Origin: Squalus acanthias
Taxonomy: Eukaryota
Direction of reading: 5' to 3'
Length of the DNA stretch: 64,000 bases
NCBI GenBank assembly: GCA_030390025.1
Contig: CM059425.1
Span: forward strand, 172,548,001-172,612,000
Position numbers and translations under genes: made by a program. Positions 40,891-52,900 of this stretch are shown here, one piece after another. How positions within the stretch are numbered: the stretch's first letter is position 1; each line of letters starts with the position of its first letter. The notes under the pieces are model-generated. The model had not been told where the DNA came from and ran no database searches. It saw only the letters and a list, made by a program, of their open reading frames with translations.

Positions 40891-41713
40891 TGAATGGAAC
40901 TGATGGAAGAATATCCCTTGCGGTTTATAAAAATTCCTGGTTGCTGTGGTTGTACTTGGATTGCAACATGTGTGCAATCGATGGTACCCTGTACCTGTGG
41001 GAATACAGCCAGAGAGGCAAATGCGAGTGCCCGCTCATTCTGGCTATTGTCATCACAGGGGAAGTTTACACAACTCCCAGCCCCGGCAAACAATCCATCC
41101 TTCACCTGCCATATGCATTTATGTGCAGCAGGCTGCGAGACCCTTACTATGTTTCCAATAGCGCCCTGGAAGGAACCAGAGGGAAAAAAATTGAGGGCCA
41201 TGGTGACTTTTACAGCCACTGGTAATGCGTGGCTGCCAGGTCCGGCAGGTAGCAGGTCTTTTTAGTAGATGTCTGTTACTGTTGAATCTTCTTCCAGCAT
41301 CCTTGCATTCCAAATCGTAACTCGCTGCGTAAAAATATTTCTCCTCCTCTCCCCTGTAGTTCTTTTTCCAATTACCTTAAATCTGTGCCCTCTGGTTACC
41401 GACTCTCCTGCCAGTGGAAACCGTTTCTCCCCATTTACTCTATCAAAAGCCCTCATAATTTTGAGCAACCTCTATTAAATCTCCCCTTAACTTTCTCTGC
41501 TCTAAAGAGAACAATTCCAGCTTCTCTAATCTCACCACATAACTGAATTCCCTCACATCTGGTACCGTTATAGTAAATCTCTTCTGCACCCTCTCCAAGG
41601 CCTTGACATCCTTCCTAAAGTGTGGTGCCCAGAATTGGACACAGTACTCCAGCTGAGGTGTAACCAATGTTTTATAAAAGGTATGGGATACCTTCCTTGC
41701 TTTTGTACTCCAT

Positions 41714-42355
41714 GGGCTGGATTTTGATACTGGGGCGGGTTGGGGTCGTGTCATCCACTTTGTGTTATCCAGCCGACTGCAATTGGATGTGGGAGATTGA
41801 TGCAATTTTCACCTAATTGGGCAATTGAGTTCCAGCATGTGGGAACACATGAACCAATTAGTGTTTTCAGTCTGAAAGTCACCTTTGATGATGTCATCAT
41901 TGCTGCTGCATTGAAGGTCTTCAAAGACTGCCTGGCCTTTGCTGTGAGAGGACCTGCAAAATGAGCAGCAGCAGTCCGAAGTCTGCGCCCAGATATTTTT
42001 ACACCACCACTCCCAGATATGTCTCCTCTCCATCCATCCACATATGCATCCCCATAGCCAGCCAGCCAGCCAGCCAGCGTCAGCTATCCAAACGTGCTCC
42101 CGCCAGGTTTCACATTCGTGGTTCAGAACAGGTGTGCTTCACATAGAACAAAGGTTAAAATCACAAAGGCCTTTCAAAATGGCATTATAGAGGCAATTTA
42201 GTGCTTGTTGAGGGCCTTAACAGCCTAGACACGATTTAATGAAAATTGCGTGGAGGCGGGATGGAGGCGGACTTGTGCTTGCCCACCAGTTTTCACAATT
42301 TTAACCCCCCACATGCCTCCAAACCCGCCTCCACGGGTCAATGAAAATCCAGCCC
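41714..42355. mobile_element. Non-autonomous Harbinger derivative
   Basis: TIRs gggctggatttt / aaaatccagccc, 3-bp TSD cat; interrupts a CR1. Confidence 0.85.
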
Positions 42356-42529
42356 CATGTTTCTATTTATAAAGCTAAGGATCCCATGTGCTTTTTTAAA
42401 AAAAAAGCCTCAACTTGTCCTGCTGCCTTCAAAGATTTTTGTATGTAAACCCCTAGGTTTCTCTGTTCCTGCACCCCCTTGTACCAGTTAGTCTATACTG
42501 CCGCTCATTCTTCCTTCCAAAATACATCA

Positions 42530-44615
42530 TGTACGAAAGGCTGATATTTATAGATATTTAGTAGACGAGAATCATATACATATAAATTCAAGTGTAGCCA
42601 TTGACCAAATAATATTACCCATAATTACTCCTGGGTAACTAAAAAGCTAAGACCTGTTCAGAATGCAGCTACGAAGGACGGTCAAAAGCAGTTTTGACTA
42701 AGTTTTGATAACAAACAGCCACAGACTGCGAGTGAAGGTTAAATTGCTTAAAAAAAATGGCAAGCAGAAATTAGAATTCGCTTACCAAAACTAATTGCAA
42801 TGATATTTAAAAAATAATTAATATAAGGACATAAAATGAGAGATCATGGAGATAAGGTATTTATCTGGTAGATTAAAGTGAGATAGCTTGGATACCTCAA
42901 GACGAGTGAAACAGTGCTGATATGGGCCCTTGGTATAAAGGCCTTGTACCAGGGAAGCTAGAAATGAAAGAGATAAAGTAAATTCCAATGGGGTGAAAAG
43001 CTATAAACAAGATAACACTGAACATGGCAAAGTTGGTGGAAAAATACTGGAAAGGCGGGATGCTACCTTAGTCTGAGTGACAATGGTATTTTGACCATTA
43101 GAACCAATTATAAAAGGTGATTTTGTTAAAGACCATATATGGACACTGGCCAAACCAACTTTTGATAAGAACAAGAGTTAAAACCTCAATACTCAAAGAA
43201 CAACTTTACACAGACGTACTGCCAGAACAAAGGAACAGACTTAAGACAACGTCATCTGTGTCCGAGAGGTTCCAGAGACCAAGGGCTGTGAGCTACTCGT
43301 TAAAACTATCGCCTAATATTAAAGTATATTACGCTGTATACTTAATAAATCTTGATCTATTGCTCAAACATACTGGCTGCTACCTATTGGTGTAGAAACA
43401 TAGAAAATAGGTACAGGAGTAGACCATTCAGTCCTTCGAGCCTGCACCGCCATTCAATGCGTTCATGGCTGAACATGCTACCTCAGTACCCCATTCCTGC
43501 TTTCTCGCCATACCCCTTGATCCCCCTAGTTGTGAGTGTTATATCTAACTCCCTTTTGAATATATTTAGCGAACTGGCCTCAACAACCTTCTGTGGAAGA
43601 GAATTCCATAGATTCACCACTCTCTGGGTGAAGAAGTTCCTCCTCAGCTCAGTCTTAAATGGCTTCCCCTTAATCCTTAGACTGTGACCCCTGGTTCTAG
43701 TTTTCCCTAACATTGGGAACATTCTGCCCGCATCTAATTTGTCTAAACCAGTCAGGATTTTAAATGTCTCTATAAGATCCCCCCTCATTCTTCTGAACTC
43801 CAGAGGATACAAGTTCAGTTGACCCAATCTTTCTTGATATGTCAGTCCGGCCATCCCAGGAATCAATCTAGTGAACCTTCGCTGCACTCCCTCAATAGCA
43901 AGAATGTCCTTCCTTAAGTTAGGAGACCAAAACTGCGCACAATACTCCAGGTGTGGCCTCACCAAGGCCCTGTACAACTGCAGCATCACCTCCCTACTCC
44001 TGTACTCAAATCCCCTTACTATGAAGGCCATCATTCCGTTTGCTTTCTTGACTGCCTGCTGCACTTGCATTCCCACCTTCAGTGACTGATGTACCATGAC
44101 GCCCAGGTCTCGTTGCACCTCCCCTTTCCCTAATCTGCCACCATTCAGGTAATAGTCCGCCTCTCTATTTTTACCACCAAAGTGGATAACCTCACATTTA
44201 TCCACATTGTACTTCATCTGCCATACATTTGCCCATTCACCCAACCTGTCCAAGTCACTCTGTAGCCTCCTAGCATCCTCCTCATTGTTCACACTGCCTC
44301 CCAATTTAGTGTCATCCGCAAATTTGGAGATATTACATTTAATCCCTTCGTCCAAATCATTAATATATAATGTAAACAGCTGGGGTCCCAGCACCGAACC
44401 CTGCGGTACCCCACTGGTCACTGCCTGCCATTCTGAAAAGTACCCATTTACTCCTACTCTTTGTTTCCTGTGTGCCAACCAGTTCTCAATCCACGTCAAC
44501 ACATTACCCCCAATCCCATGTGCTTTAACTTTGCTCACCAATCTCTTGTGTGGGACCTTGTCGAAGGCCTTCTGAAAGTGTCTTGTCCAAGAACTCAGAT
44601 CATTAAGATCTTACA
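42530..44615 (+). mobile_element. Solo LTR (about 0.9 kb) split by a CR1 insertion
   Basis: Starts tgtacg, ends ttaca, 4-bp TSD atca, TATAAAA at 43109 and AATAAA at 43344; the host CR1 sequence rejoins across it. Confidence 0.75.
43395..44578 (-). mobile_element. Young 5'-truncated CR1 LINE
   Basis: Uninterrupted 352-aa ORF 43483-44541 ([15 protein letters not shown]) with a ctatgttt tail. Confidence 0.95.
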
Positions 44616-46309
44616 ATCAATTCACACTTTTCTGCCTTAAATTTCATCTGCCATGTATCTGCTCATGTCCTCCTGAAGTCGGTTACTATTCTTCTCACTG
44701 TATTACATTTCAGAGCTAGTGTTATCTGCAAACTTTGAAATTATGTACTGTATACCCAAATCCAGGTCATTAATGTATCAAAAAAGAGCAGTGGTCCTAC
44801 TGACCCTGGGGGACACCACTGTATACTTCCCTCCAGATTGAAATATCACCACTACTCTCTGCTTCTGTTCCTTAGCCGATTTCATTTCCAAACTGCCACT
44901 GCTCCTTAACTTCCATGGGCTTCAATTTTGCTAACAAGTCTATTATGTGGCACTTTATCAAATGCCTTTTGAAAGACCATAAACATATCAACCCTGTTAC
45001 TTGTATCAAAGAACTCAATCAAGTTTGTCACACACTATTTGCCTTTAACAAAACCTTCCAGTCCTCTGGCACCACGCCCATGTCCAAGGAGGATTGAAAG
45101 ATTGTGGTCAAAGCCCCATCTATTTCCACCCTTACTTTCCTCAGCAACCTAGGATGCAGAGCGAATAACCAGACAGTCCCAAGACTAGACATCATTTAGG
45201 TTAACACATACCCCTGTACCTTCGCCAGGGCCTGGATATTGTCCACTGTGTTTAGGAAGCAAATTTGTAGTGCAGCGTACATACCTAGCTAGCTTGCCTG
45301 CCCAAATAAAACATTCTTGGGTTTATACTGTCCTAACAATGTAACCCAAAACCCTATTGGCCTTCTTTATAGTTTCATCACACTACTTGTAAATTTTTAA
45401 TGATTTAATCAGCTAGGCCCTGCTCGGCTACATTTAACATTGTATACACATGCCTGGGAACTGCATTTATCCACATCAGAACAACATTGCCATACACAGC
45501 AAATCCCCTAACTTAGCTAAAAATCACCCTCCACCCAATTTATTTGATCTAAATTATCAACTCCCATGCACCTCTTTTACATCATATGCAAACTGATCAA
45601 TTGTTCCATTAATACCCTCATCCAATTCACTTAAGAGGAACAGCCATGATCCCTGCAGGAATCCATTCAAGACCTGGCCTCATGTGGATTGACTTCCATT
45701 TATGACGACCCTTCGCCTATGAGTTTGCAACCAATTTGCTGACCAGCCTCTGCTATCAGCCACTAATCCTCCTCAAAGAACTCATCAGATTTATGAGGCA
45801 AGATCCCTAGACTTTTTAAACTCTTAATAATCTTCAGTGCAATCAAAAATGTCATTGCTGTATTAAAAACCATTCAACTATTCCAGTCAGCTAACAACAG
45901 CTGCAAAATTCAGTACTTTTACTGAAGATACTTTTGAGGAAAAAAAGGGAGACAGAACAGAAACAAGGAATCAAGATTTTATGCAGCTCAGGCAAATAAA
46001 GCGACAGACCTTCAGCAAAACCCTGTCACATGTAGCTGTAATGTTGCTTAAGGCAGATCAGTTGTGACAATCAGAACAGTCTGAAAAATGCTTACACAGA
46101 ATTGTGTGTACTAGATTATAGATAAAATGTGGTCTGATAAAAACAGTGATATGCGCAAGGAATAACTGGTGTATTAAGCATCATTTAAAATGAAAGAGTA
46201 ACAGTTGTGATGGACTAATGTTGTAATTAGCAGATATTCCTCCAACATGAAGAACTGGTTTATTCCTTTGTGTAAAGAGTGAAACAAGTAACTAACATGC
46301 CCATTTGAC

Positions 46310-46409
46310 CTGTACATGCAAAATGGTTTCCATTTCACCACTGTATTGTGAGATCCATCTACTATACGGATGTAAAGTTCTGCAGCTGTTCACAGTCTTT
46401 GATCGATTT
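46310..46409 (-). other. PJA2: Candidate small PJA2 5' exon (possible counterpart of mammalian exon 2)
   Basis: Unique sequence with acceptor ctttcatgcag| and possible donors CAG|gtcaaa (46310) or GTG|gtgaaa (46339). One frame reads ...WISQYS, resembling the mammalian PJA2 start MSQYT. Confidence 0.3.
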
Positions 46410-46726
46410 CTGCATGAAAGTGTTTTTGTCTGGGAATCCCTACAACTGAGAACTCCCAGAAATGTGATTTTTTTTTTAAGTGGCTAAAAACAAGCAGCTT
46501 GTAAATAAAGGAGAATGTTTTTGAAAGCTGCTGGTATCAACAAAGGCAAGTGTTGGGAGGTTCAAAGGAGGCCATAAATTAAATCAAAAACCATTCTTAC
46601 TAAAAGGTAATTAACCCATTGCAGAATATATAGACACACACGTTGCACTTAGTATTTACTGATTTTGGAACCTCATTAGATATTAGTTTGAAAATAAAAC
46701 ATTACATCCAACGATCAAATTACAAC

Positions 46727-47470
46727 GGCCCAGAAATTGATCTCGCTCTGTTCCCGCGGGGGTAAGCCTTCCCCGCGATGTCTCACCTCGCTTATGCTTT
46801 TTCTGATCCAGCTCGCACGAACTTGATGTTCCAGACATCAGCTGTGCTGGGCTTGCGTATCCCAGCGGCGTAGTTAATTCGTGCGAGCTGTAGGATCACG
46901 TGACTCAGTTAGAGCCAATGGCAGCACACCATCTTCCATTCATAAGTCTCACAGCATGGCTGTGAGACTTATGAATCTTACACCCCCCCAAAATAACAGC
47001 TAAACCTCAATTAAATTTAAAAAAAAAACCATCACATTAATAAAATAAGTATAGTTAATTAAATTAACCATTTTAAATAAAAAATTAAATTTTTGAAAAA
47101 ATTTAAAATCTTTTAAAAAGTTATAAAAATAAACTTACCTGTCTTTAAAGTCTATAAAACAGATATACCTGTAAAAAAAAATTCAAAAAAATACTTAATT
47201 CACTACTTACCTTCTTAAAAGCGGGTCTTACTCCTCCTTTTTACATTTCCAAAATCTTCCCTACTTACCTGCGCGTCCAAAGCATGAAGTGCACAGCGTG
47301 CGCGCAGCCTGTAGCGCGCACGCGATGCAGCCAGGCCCCGCCCCCTTTTCGGAAGAGCAATTGCCGGTTTTCAGCGCATGCGCAGGGCATGCAGAAAACC
47401 GGCAATTGGAGTGGGAATACGCGAGAGTACACAGTGCGTACTCTCGCGTCCCGGGATCAATTTTCGGGTC
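46727..47470. mobile_element. PIF/Harbinger-type MITE
   Basis: TIRs ggcccagaaattgatc / gatcaattttcgggtc, 3-bp TSD aac; same architecture as the 35.2-kb and 55.7-kb copies but inverted. Confidence 0.85.
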
Positions 47471-48004
47471 AACAAGTATCTAACTGCTATCCCCTCAGGT
47501 ACACATCTTTGCAAGGATAAAATTACAGAAAAAAAAAGGTAGTGTCCTGATTGTAAGAGACTTTGGTTCCCCTATGGGAACTTCAATTGGACTATTAAGA
47601 AATGACAGTACCACTGAAACTCTAATCCCATCAAATCTGGTTTGAGGGGCTGGAAGGGGAAGATCACTCCAATCTCTAACCTTGCTTGAAACCAATTAAT
47701 TTTAAACCTGGGCTTTCTTGCCTACCTCTTAATGTGCTCTGCATTACCTTACATCTACATTAGAATTCATTTGCCATTCCTTAGCCCATCTGTTTAAAAA
47801 GGATGAAAAACAGAATTCTCAGGGCAGTCAAATAGTGTTTTTACATTGCTATCACTATGCTTCTTAGCATTTGAAAATTGATCATATCCAACCTAAACTC
47901 TCTCTACACCCCACCTCTTCCCCACCCCCACGCACTCCCCATGAAAACAAGTTCACCTCTTGAGTCTCACCTCCTAACTTGAAGCCTCAATTATCCTTGG
48001 CACT

Positions 48005-49190
48005 CTTAGAATCTTACAGCACAGAAGGAGGCCATTCGGCCCATCGAGCCCGTGCCAGCTCTCTGCAAGAGCACTTCAGCTACTCCTGCTCCCTCATCTT
48101 TTCCCCATAGCCCTGCAAATTTTTTTCCTTCAGGCACTTATCCAATTCCCTTTTGAAAGCTACGATTGAATCTGCCTCCACCACCCTCTCAGGCAGTGCA
48201 TTCCAGATCCTAACTACTTGCTGCGTAAAAAAGTTATTCCTTGTGTCACCTTTGGTTCTTCTGCCAATCACCTTAAATCTGTGTCCTCTGGTTCTCGACC
48301 CTTCCGCCAATGGGAACAGTTTCTCTCTATCTACTGTCTCGACCCCTCATGATTTTGAATACCTCTATCAAATCTCCTCTCAACCTTCTCTGCTCCAAGG
48401 AGAACACCACCAGCTTCTCTAGTCCCTCAGCCCTGGAACCATTCTTGTAAATCTTTTCTGCATCCTCTCTAAGGCCTTCACATCCTTCCAAAAGTGTGAT
48501 GCCCAGAATTGGACAATACTCCAGTTGAGGTCAGACCAGTGTTTTATAAAGGTTCATCATAACTGCCTTGCTTTTGTATTCTATGCCTCTATTTATGAAG
48601 CCCAGGATCCCGTATGCTTTTTTAAACCGCTTTCTCAACCTGCCCTGCCAACTTCAACGATTTGTGCACATATACCCCCAGGGGTCTCTGTTCATGCACC
48701 CCCTTTAGAATGTATTGCCTCTCCTCCTTCTTCCTACCAAAATGTATCACTTCGCACTTTTGCGTGTTAAATTTCATCTACCACGTGTCCGCCCATTCCA
48801 CCAGCCTGTCTATGTTTTCTTGAAGTCTATCACTATCCTCCTCACTGTTCACTATACTTCAAGTTTTGTGTCATCTGCAAATTTTGAAATTGTGCCCTGT
48901 ACACCCAAGTCCAAGTCATTAATATATATCAAGAAAAACATTGGTCCTAGTACCGACCCCTGGGCAACACCACTGTGTACCTTCCTCCAGTCCGAAAAAC
49001 AACCACTACTCTCTGTTTCCTGTCACTTAGCCAATTTTGTATCCATGCTGCCACTGTCCCTTTTATTCCATGGGCTTCAACTTTACTGGCAAGCCTATTA
49101 TGTGGCACTTTATCCAACACCTTTTGGAAGTCCATGTACACCACATCAACCGCATTGCCCTCATCAACCCTCTGTTACCTCATCAAAAAA
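48005..49190 (-). mobile_element. CR1 LINE fragment
   Basis: Degenerate RT and C-terminus, followed by a 3' UTR. Confidence 0.88.
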
Positions 49191-49753
49191 CTCAAAATAA
49201 GGAGGCCATTCAGCCAATTGTACCCGAGCCAAATCTTTGAAACAGCTTGCACTCTGTCCCATTTCCTTTTGTTCTCTTCCCCCCACTTTTTCCAATTATA
49301 GATTCTGTTTCTATCACTAATTTTGGTAGGGTATTCCATGTCCTAACAAATTCTAACTTCACCCTTAGGATCTTAAATGCTTTATCAACTTGCTCTCCCA
49401 CAAGATTTATATATCTGAAACAGTGTCTCTGCGCTTGTACTCCTTTTAAACTTTTACCTTTTAGTGTACACGTCCGTTCCTTAGTCTTCATCACTCCAAT
49501 ATCGCCACATTAAATTTCATCGGACACTTTTCTGGTGAAATCTACTAACTTGTCCCTATCCTCCTAAAGTCACTTAGTCAGTTTCACAGTTAACTACACT
49601 CCTTATTTTTGTGACAGCTGTAAGTTTTGGTATTATGCCCCTATACCAGAGTCCAGAGCATATCATTTAGCGAGAGAGAACAATGGTCTCAGTGACCCGT
49701 GAGGAATACCACTGTTTACATCCCTCTAGTCCAAAAAAAAAACCTATGAACCA

Positions 49754-49947
49754 TGTCGTAAGAATGAGCCTTACGCGTGGTGAACTTAAAGTAAGCTTTA
49801 ATCAACTAAAAAGGTGCTACATACAAAAGAGGTCTTACTCTATGCCTCTCCAGGATCCAACTGATCAGTCCAGTATTTATCCTGGACTAATCACAGGAAG
49901 TGATGCAATAAAGTTCGAGTCACAGGAAGCTGTATTGTGTTACCACA
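49754..49947 (-). repeat. 3' LTR of the Gypsy element
   Basis: Direct repeat of 54002-54195, preceded on the minus strand by a G-rich polypurine tract. Confidence 0.97.
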
Positions 49948-49966
49948 TTCTCCCCCCCCCAAAAGA

Positions 49967-52900
49967 TTAGGAGGCCGGGATGCTCCCTCCATTTCGTAGC
50001 CGCTGGACGAGGGAGAGCCGCACCCGTTTGGGTTCTCGTAGCGGTAGAGGGCCCCTAGCCCGTTTACCCGCCGCGGGCCGTGGACCAGAGTCTGAGTGAT
50101 CCAGCCCGCTCTGTGAGGGGTCAGGACGATCCGGACTGCGTACTGGTGCCCGAACGGGTGTCGGGCAGGGCTGTGGCAGATCCGTTTCCGAGCGTACGGT
50201 ACGGGGTGGATCGTGGCTGCGCGTGCGAGCCCCGACGGGCTCATAGTCAGTCTGCCCCAGGTCGGCACGCTGGAGTGAGGTACCAGCCGGCGTCAGATCC
50301 AGATCGTGATGAGAGGCACCTGGCGAGCCCAGAGATGTGCCTGGTACAATATCATCCCCTGGTGTCCCTCTATGTTTCGGCGGGCAGGGAGCCAGATCCC
50401 GCAATGACACGGTAGATTCCCGACCGTCAGGATACCGAATATAGGCGTAGGTAGGGTTGACGTCAGTGAGCTCAACTTCATCTACCAGGGGGTCATTCTT
50501 AGACGCCCGGACATATCTTCGGAGTAGCACTGGTCCCGGTGTAGTCAGCCACGACGGGAGAGATATCCCATAGGATGAGCGACGCTGAAATCGGAAGAAC
50601 CGTTCATGAGGCGTCGTATTTGTGGCGGTCGAAAGGAGGGACCGTGTGGAGTGTAATGCGTCTGGAAGTACTGCTTCCCATTGCTGGTTGGGTAGGCCCA
50701 GAGATCTCAAAGCCAGACGTACCGCATTCCAGATGATAGCGTTAAAACGCTCGACTTGCCCATTCCCGACCGGATGGTAAGGCGTCGTTCTGCTGGCAGC
50801 AATACCCCGTTCCGAGAGATAGGCCTTGAGTTCTCCTGACATAAAAGAAGGGCCCCGATCCGAATGAACATAGGATGCCATGCCACAGAAAGCAAATACC
50901 TGCTCAAGGCAGCTGATAACTGTGGTCGTCAGCATATTGGGGCAGGGAAAGGCAAACGGAAAACGGGAATACTCATCGACCATGGTCAATAGATAAGTGT
51001 TGCGAGTTGAAGAGGGCAACGGCCCCTTAAAATCGATGCTAAGCCGTTGCATTGGCTGGGTCGCATGTATGAGTATACCACCCGAGGGGCGGAAAAACCG
51101 AGGTTTCAATTCCGCACAGACTCTGCAGTCCGAGCACATCTTCTTTACATCCCCGGTAGAGAATGGGAGATTTCGGGACCGCACGAAGTGTAGCATGCGA
51201 GTAACGCCCGGATGACACAACCCATCATGGATGTCTACGAGCGTAGAGGGTGCCATGGCGGAGCAGAATGCTCGTGAGAGGGTATCCGGAGCCACATTCT
51301 CCTTGCCAGGTCGATAGTGGATGGTGTAACCAAAAGAGGCCAATTCCAGCCGCCAAAGCTGGATTTTATTATTTTTAATTTTGGTCCGTTTTCGATTATC
51401 GAGCATGAAGGCGACCGATCGCTGGTCCGTGATTAAGGTAAAGTGCTGGCGAGCTAGGAGATGACTCCACTTCCGTACTGCCTCTATGATGGCTGTAGCT
51501 TCTTTCTCGACTGGAGGATAATGTAGCTCAGCCCCTTGAAAAGTCCTGGACAAAAATGCCACCGGACGACCTTCCTGATTCAGAGTGGCCGAGCACGCCA
51601 CCTTCGAGGCATCACACTCAACAACAAAAGGAAGACTCTCATCGATGGAGTGAAGAGCCGCTTTCTCCAACTGTTTTTTCAGGAGGTTAAAGGCTGCAAC
51701 AGCCGCTGTGTCTAGTGGGAATGTGCTGGCCTTCAGTAGAGGTTGGATTCGGTCCGAGAAGTTTGGAATCCATTTAGCATAGTATGCAAACAGGCCGAGG
51801 GCCCGGCGCAAGGAGGCCGGATTCTTAGGTGGCGGGAGTTCTTGGAGTGGGCGAAGCCTTTCAGGGTCAGGTTTAATGATGCCATTGCCCACACAATAGC
51901 CAAGGATGTTGATGGTTGGTTGTGACTCAATGGATTTAGCCGCATTTAATGTCAAATTACGGTGCTGGAGTGCATCCCAAAATCGTTGGAGATTGGCGTC
52001 ATGTTCCCGCTGATTGCGACCTGCGACAGTAATATTGTCCAGATAAGGAAACGTATCCTTCAAGTCTTCCTGTTTGACCAGGTCATCCATTGCTCGCTGG
52101 AAGACAGCCACTCCATTAGTGACCCCAAAGGGGAGGCGACGAAATTGATACAGCCGTCCATTGGCTTCAAAGGCCGTATACTGCTTGTCTGAGACCTTCA
52201 AGGGTACCTGATGATAGGCACTTTTCAGATCATATGTTGAGAACACCGTGTACTCAGCCAGTTTATTAACCATATCATCGATGCGCGGCAATGGGTATGC
52301 GTCCAAGTCCGTATATTGATTGATGGTCTGTGAATAGTCAATGCACAGCCGTTTCTTGTGAGGTTGTAGAGGGTTCTTAACAATAACGACCTGGGCGCGC
52401 CATGGCGACGAACAAGGCTCGATGATATCCTCTGCTAAAAGCCGAGAAATCTCAGCCGCAATAAAAGACTGGTCTTCCTGACTGAAACGTCGTGACTTTG
52501 TTATAATCGGTTTGCATCGAGGAGGGATACTGGTAAACAGTGAGGGTTCATCCAGTGAAGCTGCTGACAATGCACAGAACGGTAATCGAGGTCGTATATT
52601 AGAAATAGTGAGTTCAGGTTTGGATCCGCCGAACTCAATGGTGAGCTTCTTATGCTGCTTTTGAAAATCCAGCCCTAAGATAAGATCACTACATAAATCC
52701 TTGAGCACCGAAAGCCGGGTGGAGGGATACCTGTGACCATTAAGTGTTATTTCAACCATACAAAAGCCAGAAATTCTGGTATTAAGTGATGACTGAGCCA
52801 TCGCAATTGCCTGGTCCGATGGGAAAACATGTAGCTTTAATTCTGCAACAATCTGTTCCCTAATGAAACTATCAGTGCTACCTGAGTCAATTAAGGCATC

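Larger units (their letters stand above)
36965..41265. mobile_element. Decayed autonomous Harbinger transposon (Myb/SANT gene on +, HARBI1-like transposase on -), interrupted by LINE/SINE insertions
   Basis: WLEVAEEISS...RSWMQGRKRFNDLTR (about 37230-37325, +); FPQVQGTIDCTHVAI...FINRKGY (40900-41219, -); YESHMTTRCVIEQAIGMLKMCFRCL...CCVLH (39678-39884, -). Confidence 0.85.
41290..45160 (-). mobile_element. Old CR1 hosting a Harbinger MITE, a solo LTR and a younger CR1
   Basis: CR1 pieces at 41290-41713, 42356-42529 and 44616-45160 are collinear once the insertions are removed. Confidence 0.8.

Noticed and set aside
39600..41265. HARBI1 host gene
   Set aside because: Broken frames, a LINE insertion and a convergent Myb-like partner fit a decayed Harbinger transposon.
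49683..49970. Repeated ORF MSLTRGELKV... (also 54012-54257)
   Set aside because: Antisense translation of the two LTRs; no evidence that it is coding.
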